This document shows, in pieces, positions 23,350 to 36,292 of a stretch of DNA of 64,000 nucleotides. Source of the stretch: Spirogloea muscicola (Eukaryota); assembly GCA_009602725.1 (NCBI GenBank), contig WELB01000023.1:607331-671330 (forward strand). Direction: 5' to 3'. Made by a program: the position numbers and the translations under genes. Every line of letters starts with the position of its first letter. Positions within the stretch are counted from its first letter, which is position 1. The notes under the pieces were generated by a model that was not told where the DNA came from, searched no databases, and worked only from the letters and a program-made list of their open reading frames with translations.

Positions 23350-25681
23350 TCAGTGCAGCCGCCCACTTGCATCGGAAGATGGGCGCCCCGCCCTCTTGTC
23401 CACATCCTGCGATGTCCTGTCGGCTGCTCCGATTGCATCAATGTGCTTGGCATCTGGCTGAAGCTCCAGCTTGTGGAACTGATTGATGGCAGTAGTCATT
23501 TTTGCATGGAGGCCTGCAGCTTTGTATGCACTGATCATGGAACTGAGGGTGAATGCGGTTGGCGCCTTCCGCTCCATCCTCATGCGCTCGCATGCCGCCT
23601 CCATCTCCTTGATAAGCCCGCCCTTTGCGTATGCGTCTATGACCAAGTTATAAGTGAGGGCCCTCGGCCGATACTTGTAACGAAGAAGGTGCTGCATGAC
23701 CGATTCCACCTTGTCGTACTGCGCGTGCTTCCCGTACGCTTCGATCAGGCCATTGAAAGTTGTGAGGTCTGGGGAGCAGCCCTCCTGTCAATTGACCATT
23801 TAAGCAAGTCAATTGCAGCTCAACAGACACCCGAAAACCCTTAGCATGTACACTATCTATTGCAGCAACATGACCTATAGCAGGACCAGGAAAGCCAGCC
23901 AAGACCTCAACAAAGTGATCATAGATCTTATAGATCATCAACTTTCCAATTTATCAACCTCCCATAACTGAAGATTACTGGCCATGCGAACATGCTCTAC
24001 ATCCTGATCATATCTGCATCCTGACAATTGAGCAACAATTTTGCTGGTCGCATACTGACCAGCTGCATATTCTCGAAGCAAGCCTCCATCTCATCAGTTT
24101 GACCATTGCGGCCAAAGCCTTGAACCATTGCATTGTACGTCGCCAGCCCCGGTACCAATCCTGCCTCTCGCAGCGCCAAGAACGTGGCTTTCATTCTCGT
24201 TACTCTCCCAGTCCTTCCATAGCCATTGATTAGTGCATCATACCTGCCATCAATGCATGACACAAGTGTCTGACTTGTGCTCACAGGATCATAGAGATGA
24301 CACTATGTCCCCAAAAATGCAGCTGGGACAGTTCACATAAGGAAGATGCTTTGCTTACAATTCCAGGTTTGGTATGCATCCGTTGCGCTTCATCTCCGCC
24401 AGCAGCTGCACCGCAGCGTCCATCCGTTTGGCCTTGCAAAGTGCAGCCACGATGGCCGTGTAAGCTGCCGAGTCAGGCTGCAGTGTAGGCTCTGCCTTCA
24501 AGCGTTCAAAGATATTCAGGGCTCCCTGGACGTCGCACCGCCTGCCATAGCCGTTGATGAGGGCCGTGAACACACCAATGGTGTGAGGGCACCTCTGCTC
24601 CGATTGCATGCGGTCAAAGAGGCCGACGGCAAGAGGTAGCTGGCCATGATTTCCCAGGAGGGCAATGAGCTCGACGTACACGGCAGGCTCCCCACAATAC
24701 CATGGCTGGTTGTGAAGGACGTCCAAGACCTGGCCTTTCAACAGGCACGCAAGCGCAGGCCTGTCAGTCACAAGTGGTTGCAGCCGAGGTGCCTTCGGCC
24801 ACACACATTGGCCGGCAAGCTCCTAGCTGCCATGCTGGCATCCATTTGCAGCTGTCTGAGTAGGATAAGGAGGATGGCAATAATGGCACGTGACTTTTAT
24901 GTGGACGGCGCCAGCTTGTCTAGATGACAATGCAAGCATGCTGCAGTGCGCTCATCAGCATCTCGCAAGGATCCCCAGACAATGGTTTCAAGCTTGGCCA
25001 CAGGAGAACTGGGTGGCCATGACACTGACACAACCCATGTGTGCAATTTCAGAGCAGGCGTGGTCCTTCCAGGCCGAGCAACCAGAAGAGGCGACGTCGC
25101 ACAGGACGTGGACATACAACCTGGACACAGAATCTTGGACCCCCAGCCTGGACCCCTTGCTTGTGGCACACCTGCATGGCGCAGGCCCAGTTGCCTCGGC
25201 GGAGCAGCTCGCGAAGTGCAGTCACGGGCACCTGGGGGCCCCACCGGCGGCCTGCTCGCCGCACGACCTCCGGCAGCGAGGACTCGCCGTCCTCGGGCGC
25301 CTTCGCCAGCTGGTACAGGACCTGGCCCACCTGCTTGCGCAGGTTGGCTTCCCGCTGCTGCTGGCGGGTCATCGGTGTCCGCCGCTGCGATTGCAGCTGC
25401 GCTGCCGGCACGAGGCCCAGCGACTGCTGGAGCGCAGCGGCGAGCCTCCGAGTGGGCGTCCTCCATGGCTGCAGTCCTGATGCAGCGAGCCATGGACTCG
25501 GCGGCCGCCGAGGTCCAGCCGCCATGGTGCAGCGCCGAGTGACCAGAGCAGAGCGCCCATTGAAGGCATGTTCGGCGTCACAGCGCCAGCAGCCTCGGGA
25601 GTGCGGTGGCACACGGCCGCCGAACGACGACGGCGGCAGCGATAGTTGCGGCGGCGGCGCGCCCCAAGCCAGAGCCCACAT
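23350..25681 (-). CDS. P-class pentatricopeptide repeat (PPR) protein
   Basis: 35-aa repeats: VYVELIALLGNHGQLPLAVGLFDRMQ, FTALINGYGRRCDVQGALNIFERL, YTAIVAALCKAKRMDAAVQLLAEMKRNGCIPN, YNAMVQGFGRNGQTDEMEACF, YNLVIDAYAKGGLIKEME. The N-terminus looks like a transit peptide. Start codon uncertain. Confidence 0.93.
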
Positions 25682-26834
25682 GAGGCTGTCGACAGGAAAG
25701 CTGCGATGGCGCTGCCACGCCTTCACAGCCGCTGCTGCTGCCGTGCAGACCTGAGCTCCGGCTACAGTCCTTCGCCCAGTTGGTGGCGTAGTGAGCTCTC
25801 CACGGCCCTTGGGCCTGCCAGTCTTCACGCAAGGAGGCGTGGCGGGAGTGCGACTGCTGCTCCGCCGCATCAGCTCGTGAAGCGGCTTGGAGGAAAGCGC
25901 TCGAGCTTAGAGGAGGTGCTTGGAGGCCGGATCTCACACAGAGACTCGCAGCTCGGAGCTTGGAACACGGAGCTCGTGAGAAGCGGTCTCCTGCAAATGG
26001 ACGCTGGCTGTGAGGCCAGCCCCAGTTGTAAGGGCGGCTTGACTTGAGCGAGCAGCTCGAGCAGCACACTGCGCTGGGGCTCATCAGATGAAGAAGGCAA
26101 GCTTGCAGCGAAGACGAGATGTGGGGAATGGGATAATGCGATATGGGAGATGAGATGTTTGATGGGACAAGAAAAGGGGCTCTCCCCAGAAGACAGGAAT
26201 AAGGCTCTTCCAATAGAGGGCGATGGCTGTAGCCAGCAGAACGAAAGCTTTGATCACTAGCACGGACACTAGGTGAGGCACCACGCCTTTTTGGACATTG
26301 ATGTCACCGCAGCCCTGCTGTCTTTGAACTGTCCTTGCTCACATAGTTCTACGAAACCCCTACCCAATCATCCTGCTTCTTCAGGTCATACAATTCGCAA
26401 GGTCAGTGACCAAGAAAGGTCAGGTCAGGGGTGGCGCATCTGCTGGTCTGCATTGTTGCAGATGTAAGCAGGTGCTGAAGATTTGTGGACAAAAGCTACT
26501 GGCAAACGGTTTGAGGTGTGTAACTTCTGTGAGGTGTATTTAAGAAATAGCTGCAAGCTACACAATATGGAGCAGGATGTGGAGCATAGGTCTTGCATGG
26601 TAGAGGGCGCATCTGCGGGGGGCGAAGCAGCTCATTTCTGCCAGGTCATTATCCCACTAAAAAGAGCGGAGTGCACCTGTCAACCATGCCCGAGTGCTGT
26701 CACCACGCACTTGCGTAATCGTGCCAACTGAGGCAATCTCTTAGACCAGACTGAGTGCTTAAGCTTGTCAAGAGCTCTCCTTACTTCATTGCAGCCTGAC
26801 GAGATCTGACAGGAAAATCTGTAGGACTCTGCGC

Positions 26835-29800
26835 TCAGAAGCTGCTGTATTGCATGCGGTACTGTCTTAGCCAGTCAGCGCCCTTCTCCTCATACTCGAG
26901 CTTGCCAAATGTCTGGCCCGCAAACGCAGGCAATCTGGCTATGAGCTGACCACCTTTCCAGGCGTCAAGTGCGGGGTCCTGCGCCATCACGACCTGGAGG
27001 CTGGAACCCAGTGGCCGCAGCTTGCGATACTCGGCCTCCACCCTCGCTGCTGTCCCAGGATAGAGGACGTTGCCCCCTGTGAGCAGGAGCGTTCCCTCGG
27101 CAGCCCGCTGCCTGAGGTGGTCCGGCGTGCGCCGCAGCACATGCCCGAGCATCTCCCCAAGCCCACCTTGGTCTACTGCCACGATGGATGGCTGCATATG
27201 ACCACCAAGCAACAACAGACCATCACATAAAGCAAAGCGACTCTCAGGAGGAGGTCACTTTGACTGCAATGATCGTAGGTCGTGATAATCTGGCAACCTC
27301 ACCTGGAACAAAATCTCAGGGGCCCTTATGCGCGCAACTCCGAGTGTGATCTGGAAGTCCTCGGCTTGCGGCACCCTCAGCGGGGTATGCACTTCCCCAG
27401 CCCTGGGGCCCGGCAAGCCGTTGCTGGGCTCTCTCGATGGAGGGACGAAGTCTTGATCAATCTCCTGTGATAGGCAGCCAGGGACGTATTACTTTTACTG
27501 TGATACCATATACCATAGTTGCTTGCTATTAGTATCCCTGCCCAAGATGGTGAAGCAGATGTCAAGGCAGCAAATTGAAGAGGTAGCACACTATGATGAG
27601 GTCAAAGCAACCTGGAGCCTTTGGGTAAGATGCGCAAGTTCAGCTTCTTCCTCCTCCATAACCCCCTCCTCCTCCCCTCCCTCGCCGTCCTTAGATATCC
27701 TGCTGTACAGGAGCCAGTCCGAGTCGTCCACTCCAAAGGTGTCCTCCCCCCGGCCCTTATCAAACGCGGCTGACGTGATCAGCCGCATGCGCTCCTTGTG
27801 GGCAGCGCTGTGCCGCTCCCCTCGCCCCAGCGCCAAGCTTCCGCCTTCCTGCTTTTGTGTTTTCCGCTGCTCCACCCTGGCCTTGAGGCTGGCATAGCGC
27901 CCCCTGCTCTCCTCCAAGTACTGCTCCGGATTCTCACTGCGATGGCCAGCCCAAGAACATGAGCTCCTCACCTTACAGCCGAAGCCAGCGCCCTAAAGAA
28001 CGCCAGCAACAGCAGGGCACAGAGCTACCCTTGCTCACAGATGTGTGGAAGAGATGGCATCAGCTTCACTCACAGCCACCGCTGCTCATCGAGCTTCCTC
28101 ACGTTCTCAGCCTGGGACATCTGCTCCTCCTTGAGCTGCTTTGCTCTCTTGCGGCCCTCAGCTGCATTCTTCATGAGACGCTGTCTCCGCTTCTCCTTTA
28201 TCTTCAGGCACAAAATTTTATTCCAGAGTTAAGTACTGCAGATTTTGTACTTCCAACTGCACATGTAGCAGATGCAATCCAATCTAATCTTGAACGCCTG
28301 CCTGTGCACCTTCTCAGGAGTAAGCTCGCTGTCTGCTGCATTAAGCAGAGGATATTCCTCCGAGTCTGGCAACTGCCTCTGCGGCTCATCTTCCACTTTC
28401 TCTCCTTTGGCTTTTCTAAGCCTAGACCTGGCCTTTTCCAGACTGCTTTCAAGCTCCTGAAAGCTTCCAGGAAATCCAGCTCTCAAGAGCTGCTCTGTAG
28501 CATCCTGCCCCTCAAGGACTGCACAAGGCCACACGGCCAACAAGTAAGATGTCAGCTCAACCAGGTCAGCATATGCCTTGGCCAGCTCTGCCATCTGGTT
28601 GTCAAATATGGTCAGCATATTGCTACACAACAAGACACGCTTTAGGTATGCAAACTTCCGTGAGTGAGATGCCTGCTAATATCGCTCAACTCGCTTGTCA
28701 CTCTATAAGAAGTTGGCCTCTGAAGCATCGATCACTAACGAGACTCATCCGCTGTGAATGCACTTCGCATGGATAGAGGGCCAATCACACCTTGCACTCT
28801 GTCTCGAACTTGCTCCAGCTTCGCAAGCTGATCCTGAAGACTAGCAACCTTTGAGACTCTCTTTTGAGCCGCCATGTCCCGCAGCCTCTGCACATTTTTC
28901 TCTTTCGCAGCTGCTCGCCTAGCCAACTCCTCCGCCGTCTTGGCGTCAGGCTGTGTGGCAGCTGTCCATGGCAGCTGCCATGTCTTCAGCTCCTTCTTCG
29001 CTGCTTCGCCCCCTGCCTATCAAAGAACAGGGGTTGCATTTGGCAGTTCCTCCTTGCTTTCCTTTGAAAATAGTGAACATCAAGCCTAAACCCAGTGTCA
29101 TTGGCAATCCTGGGCAGTGTGCGATGCAGACGACTTTCGAGTCCTCACCTAGCAGGTCTAGGTGGTGGATCAGCCCGCTCACTATATATACCCCGTTCTT
29201 GTGCAGGACATACCAGGACTGCATAAGGACTCACGCACTACTCCATTTTCAGATTGCTATACTCTAAGAGCTGCCCTGCCTTTGCTCAAGCTTTCGCTCA
29301 AGCATACTGCAGCTGTAGCACACGCCGTTGAGCATAAGCAAATAGCCAAGAGCACCTGATACAATTGCAACTCGGACGAATAGTCCAGGGCGACATAGCA
29401 GTCTGCCTGCTTGATTGCCTCGACACTCTCCCAGGTCAACATGGAACTGCAAGACAAACGTATGCGCAACATTCAGAGCTGCATCAGTACTCTGCATACA
29501 TGAGACCACGTATCGGATCTATTTTGACTGTGCTGTTAACACTATGACGGCCCTGAAATTTGTGTTTCTTGTTGTCCAAGAGTGTGACTAGCAAGACAGC
29601 GGGGTGCAGGTAACTGGCTGGCCATAATCCCCACAAGTGTGCTACTTCCTGAACGATGCAAGTAATAAACCTGTGCTGTGGATAGGTGAGGCCAAGAAGC
29701 TGCCTCAAGAACAAAGTGGAGTGGAAGCCCCCAACTGGTGTGCGGCAGCTGGCCTCCACAACGGGCTCCCCAGCTATGACCTTGCACGCATTCCAGAGAG

Positions 29801-31308
29801 TGGAGACAGTAATTTAGCAACCTTGAGCTGGAACTCTTATGGGTGAGGGTACTTGAGATCTGGCTACCGTCAAAGCAAATGTAGCTATGAATGGGACATG
29901 AGCAGAACGAGCTGTAGCAGTAGCCTAATTCATGCAGCGTAATACCGGGATGACGTGCGTGGCTGTGTGGCCGGAAGCAACGAGGATGCCGTCGGAAGTG
30001 CAGCGGCCCAGAGTGCGGTTGGCTGTGAAGCTCAGCATGCTGTCCACGCCAAAGGCTGCATGGCAAGGATGTCGTAGCTCAGCACCAATGTACCCTTCAG
30101 GGCTGCGCTTTGCTGCTGGCACTGTTGACGTTGACACCGACGGGAATCGAGTGAGCCACCACAGAACAACCATCTCAGACCTAGCCGTCACTGGAGAGAG
30201 CAATGTCCAGTCCCCTCCGGGGCCTTGCCTAGCGAAGGCACTCCGTAGGTCTCGAAAAAGAGTTCGGCGGTCTTGGCCCGTGGGAAGAGCGGGTTGCAGA
30301 GGCACTCAGTGATGAGGACTGGGTGGTCCACCTGCATGATCGCAGCTTTGCAATTCAGGAACCGGTGTTGAATGTCAACCGTCACAGCTTCAGAGTGTGA
30401 GTGTACAGCAGAGATCTCTATCATGCCACAATCTGGCTCTGCCCTTGGCACACTGCAGGCTGCTGCAGAAGTCATGCATCGTCACGGCTCTCTCAACAAA
30501 ACCCCAACGACTAGGAACTATGCACCATATGAAGCACCAGCACTCACACCTCAAGCTTCACTATCAGACCTCCATGCACCCTTGCAGCAGGTGCAGACAG
30601 CTACCATGCATGGCTGAGCTCCAGTGAGCCAACGGCAGCTTCGATTCGACTCTCTTTCACAAAGGAGGCTGGCTTGCAGTACGTACTTACTCGCGTCCCG
30701 CTGACGCCCAACCTATCAAATGTGTAGTCCAGAATCTGCGGTCGCAGCACCAGTAATACCGGAATCACTGTCAGCACACCAGCGAGGGGCGAGGCCTCTT
30801 GATCATCTGCTTGCTGCCGTCTTGCTGCACAACAGGCTACAGGAACGGCGTCGATGCCATAGCAGTGGTGCCAGGGGGTTGAGGACGAGCACCAGCTCCA
30901 TGGTCTCGAATTGGTAGACGACGTTGCCATCAAAGGCAGACCGCAGAGAAGAGCGCGCGAACTCGTAGTGGCGCGCGGCGGCGGCGTCCAGGTCCCCCAC
31001 GACGTTCACTGTCTGGCCTGCGGGGACGGCAGCCTGCCGCGCTCAGCCGGCGGACATCGGCGTAGCTGTAGCCAGCGAAGGATGGGAGCGCGCCGGCTCT
31101 CGGCGTCGCCGAGGTCACAGCCGCGGCGCGCGCCGAGAGCGCGGCGACGAGAATGCGGAGCGCGGCGCGCGCCTGTGGCCTTGAGGCGCGGCTTGGCGAG
31201 CAGGCTGCGGAAGTCCAGGCGCGGCGCGGCGTCGCTCGCCCAGCCCGCGCGGCAGCGGAAGGCCCCGTTGTCGATCACGATCGGCGTGCCGGCGGCGGGC
31301 GGAGGCGA
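26835..31308 (-). CDS. ARP5: Actin-related protein 5 (INO80 complex); start lies in the gap
   Basis: [70 protein letters not shown], a charged insertion with [36 protein letters not shown]. Confidence 0.95.
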
Positions 31309-31839
<531 letters not shown>

Positions 31840-34800
31840 ATCGGCGTCTGGATCGACGCCGGGTCGCGCTTCGAGACGGACGCCACCAACGGCACGGCGC
31901 ACTTCCTGGAGCACATGATCTTCAAGGGCACGGCGCGGCGGTCCGTCAAGGCGCTGGAGCAGGAGGTGGAGGACATGGGGGGCCACCTGAACGCCTACAC
32001 GTCGCGCGAGCTCACGACGTACTACGCCAAGGTGCTGCGCGCCGACGTCCCCGCCGCCGTCGACATCCTCGCCGACATCCTCCAGCACTCCACCTTCGAG
32101 CAGCGCCACATCGAGCGCGAGCGCTCCGTCATCCTCCGCGAGATGGAGGAGGTCCGGCTCTCGCTCCCGTCCCCTCCTCTGGCCTCCTTTCACAGCCGCT
32201 CGTTTATTATCAGCAGCCGCAGTTTTGATTCAAATGAACTACCACTCACGCCCATTTCAATGTACAAGCAACGATCTTAAGATAATAATTACAAGAAAAA
32301 GATATTGTGATGCAGATCAATATTTCCTCGTATCATTTTGGCCACACCCAATAAGCTCGGCGCTCTTGCTCGAAGCGACTGCATGGATGGACGATGCCAG
32401 CCTACCCACAAGGCCCTGATACGGCAGCTCACGGTGGCGTCCTGTTTGCGGCCATGGCGCAGATCGAGGGCCAGGTGGAGGAGGTCCTGTTTGATCATCT
32501 GCACGCCACGGCGTTCCAGTACAGCCCGCTCGGGCGCCCCATCCTGGGGCCCGCCGACAACATCCGCTCCATCACCCGCGGCGACCTCGCCGACTACATC
32601 TCCACGCACTACTCGGGCCCTCGCATGGTCCGCGGCTCCTCCTCTGGCACCTGTCAAAGCAGCTCTTCTCCTTCATCCTGCATGCATGTTCGGCCTCAGT
32701 ATTCCCGTCGAGTCTGCATGGTGGCAAGGCCGAGGTGCGTAAAGCAAGAAGCAGCTGTATGCTGAGCTTGTTGCCTCTTTGACTGCACTGCTGAGGTCCG
32801 CCCTCCCTGCTGTTGTCATCAGCGACCTCTACTTGGTTGCCTTACGTGAGTCTTATTTCGGTGAGCAGGTTGTGGCTGCAACCGGAGCCGTGGACCACGA
32901 CGAGCTGGTGGGCTTGATAGACAAGTCCTTCGACTCCCTCTCCACGGACCCCACCACGGCTGCCGAGCTGGTGAAGAAGGAGCCGGCCATTTTCACAGGG
33001 TCTGAGGTGAGAGTCTACTGTAGCAGCCACAACAACCAAGGAGTGGCTTCTGCTAATTGCACTGATTAGTGGACAGCCCTTCTATTGAGTGCTAACTGTC
33101 AATTAACCAAGGCTCCAGGTAGTGTCCTGTCAGGACACTACCTGCAGCCTTGGTCGTTTAACAAATTACAACCAACCAAGGCACCAGGTAGTGTCCTGTC
33201 AGGACACCGCCTGCTGAGCCCGTCGCGGACCAGTCTGCTTGATTGGTAGACGCCATAAGGGTAAAGCCACAAGCCAAGGTCTCTGTTGATGTTCCTCGGT
33301 TGCATTGCAGGTCCGGATCTACAACCCAGACATGCCATTCTGCCACTTCGCCGTAGCCGTACAGGGGGCGCACTGGACCGATCCAGACTCCATCACGCTG
33401 CAGGTCATGCAGACTATGCTCGGTGCATGGAGCAAGACTGCGGGTGCTGGGAAAAACATGGGGTAAGCAGTAAATGGAGTTGGTGATGTACAACCTCCTA
33501 CAGTCTACTACACCTTGATTGCAGGAATAAGCACACCATTTGTAGAAAACAGTGGCAAGGAGCCACGCTGCTCAGTTGCTCATGTACAGGTGCTTTGGTG
33601 GCACTTGAAGGGTCTGCTGATTGGCAGTCCTCTTGTAATAATGATGTGTCATTTACAATATCAGATCCGAGCTGGCACAAAAGGTGGCTGCCAATGAGCT
33701 TGCTGAGAGCTACATGGCCTTCAACACCAACTATCGCGACTCTGGCCTCTTTGGCGTGTGCGCAGTGGCCTCGGTAATCGCCTCATGTTACTTGCCTTGC
33801 AGTTCTTTCTTAGATAGTAGCTCCAATTGAGAAGCTGCTATAATGAGATCAGTGAGAACCTGACACTGGTTCTTCTCAGGAGATAGGTGCTGCTGTTGCT
33901 TTCAGTAACTGGGTCCATACGATGCTGACAGGGAAGAAGTAGAATCGGCCTTAAATAGTGAGTGCCGCGGAAGCGCGTTCCGCAGATGCTGGTTAGTGTC
34001 GCCTGGCTGACCACTTAACAATGACTTCTCTTGCTGCACAGCCTGACAAGCTGGATGATTTGGCCTGGTCGATCATGCACGAGGTCACCCGATTGATCTA
34101 CCGCGTGTCAGATGAGGATGTAGCGCGCGCCAGGAACCAGGTGACAAACCCATCAAGCAGCGGGCATGGCTTTGTATGGCTTGCATGGCTTGGTATGGCT
34201 TTTATTGATGTCTAACTGCTGTGGACCTTGTGGGACACCATAGTGCTAGCCTGTGGCATCATGGTTGAAGCTTGACCCCCCTTTGTCATCACTGCATGCA
34301 GCTTAAATCCAGCCTGCTTCTCCATATGGATGGCACAAGCCCCATGGCTGAGGACATTGGCAGACAGGTACCCAAACGTAGATTCTCTCTGCTGAAGAGC
34401 TTGCTATGAGGTGGACTGACATGCTTGTGGAGCAGAGCAGTTCACATTCTCTGCAGATATGTATCTCAGTCAAGCCTTTCAAGTGCTACCGTTAAGAGAG
34501 GCCTGTGCTTAAATCTGCAGAGTATGTATTGAGCTGCAGCAGGAATGTGACAAAGTAGTCCATCGTATTTTTCCACAACAGATGCTGACATATGGCCGTA
34601 GGCTACCCCTAGCGGAGCTCTTTGCTCGCATTGACGCTGTGGATGCTTCAGCAGTGAAGCGCGTCGCTGACCGTTTCATCTTTGACAAGGTAAAGTTATG
34701 CCATCAGCTTGACTTGTGCTCTATGTGCAAGAGTCCCCATGTAGCTCAAGTAGAAAGTAATCAGGAAGTACTACATATTTTGTGCTGCGTTTGAGGCACT

Positions 34801-34985
34801 TCAAGCTTCTGACCTGCTTCAATAAGGAGGAGTGCCTGTGACTTAATGCAATCGCCTCTCACTTTCCCATGACTTCGTGTACTTGTTGTTTGCAACAGGA
34901 TGTCGCCATTGCTGCGATTGGCCCTGCACAATTTCTCCCTGACTACACTTGGTTCCGCCGCCGAACATACTGGCTCCGCTACTAG
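31840..34985 (+). CDS. MPPB: Mitochondrial processing peptidase beta subunit / complex III core protein; 5' end lost in gap
   Basis: IGVWIDAGSRFETDATNGTAHFLEHMIFKGT (HxxEH), GGHLNAYTSRE, LFDHLHATAFQYSPLGRPILGP, EDIGRQMLTYGRR, C-terminal WFRRRTYWLRY*. Confidence 0.97.
33106..33220. repeat. Tandemly duplicated near-perfect palindrome in an MPP-beta intron
   Basis: accaaggctccaggtagtgtcctg-t-caggacactacctgcagccttggt (33106-33154); a second, decayed copy starts at 33175. Confidence 0.9.
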
Positions 34986-36292
34986 TGAATAGCCACATTC
35001 ACACCCCTAGGGCTACTTCAGATCAGAGTCAAACATCTGCATCAGCTGCGGAAGGTGGTGTGTGTGTTACTTGCCCTTCTGAGCACCATGAGAAGATTGG
35101 AGTGTGTATCGACCATTGGTGGGCCTGAGTGGTCAAGTACAAAGGAAAGCACATTGATAAATGTACAGCATGGGTCCTTGCCACAGGTTAGACTACTCAG
35201 GCAGCCAGCGCAGGGGCTGCAGTAGCAGATCATTGTTCCTCGCAGGAGCTGCAGCAGCAGATCTTTGTTCCACGTCACGTATGTTGCCTTGTCTCCCACA
35301 ATCGACCAGAACCAGGTCCTGTAGCATGCTGTCCTGATGTAAAGGGATGCTCACATCCCACAGCCCGCATATTTAGTGTCCAAGTATTGCATCTCGTTCT
35401 TCTGATCGTTGGAGGCTGAATCTAGTGTAATATATCATGACAAGCACATAAGGAAGCTAGCTTGTGAGGTGGCCTTGAAGAATGTAAAACCTCGTGCAGT
35501 CAAAACTCTGCGGCTGCCAGTAGTACCTGTACTAAGTTACCCTCAGGCAAGCACCACTATGCACATGCCAAGAGGCATGCCACAGGCTATTGAACTCGCA
35601 AGAAAATTCGGCTATCTTGAAGACATGCTTATTGATCCAAAACAAAGTGTGAATGCGAGATTCAGTGGTGGTCACTGGTCTTGGCAGAGGAAAGCCCATG
35701 CAGCCACCAGGCAAGGCCACTCAAGTGGCACTGTCAGTGCCAATGTGCAACTGGAGGCCTTGTCTGTGTTTGAATGAGGAGCCGCCTTTGGCAGCTCCAC
35801 AGATGGTTTATTAACACTTGTCTGCAGCAAAGCTGAAAGCTGCATCCTCGTCACGGCGTCACCCTTTCAATGGCGCCCACAATAAATACTGAGACAACAA
35901 GTGAACGAGTCTCACAACAACCGAACGCTGCATGGCCTGCGCGAGCTGGCTTGTGCAGGAGGAGACCATGGAGAGGAGGTGGCATGACGGCCCAGGACAA
36001 GGCCAAGAGCGAAAGCCGGCAGCGAGTTACTCCCTTAGATGCAACAAGGTGTGCCTGCTGCTTCCTGCCGAGCGCAGGAAGCCGGCACCTGCAAGGCCCC
36101 TTGAAAGCAGAACAAGCGTGCAAGCGGCTTGACAGCCAGCCAGCCAGTAGCTCAGCTCAGGCTGCTGGCAGCAGGTACGATGGAGCCCAGCCAGTAACAG
36201 CTGGAGTTGACCTGCTGTGTCAACGAAGGATGCTGGATGATGACAGTGACACCACCAATCCAGGCGTCGCTGAGAGGCTGAAGCTGGAGTTC

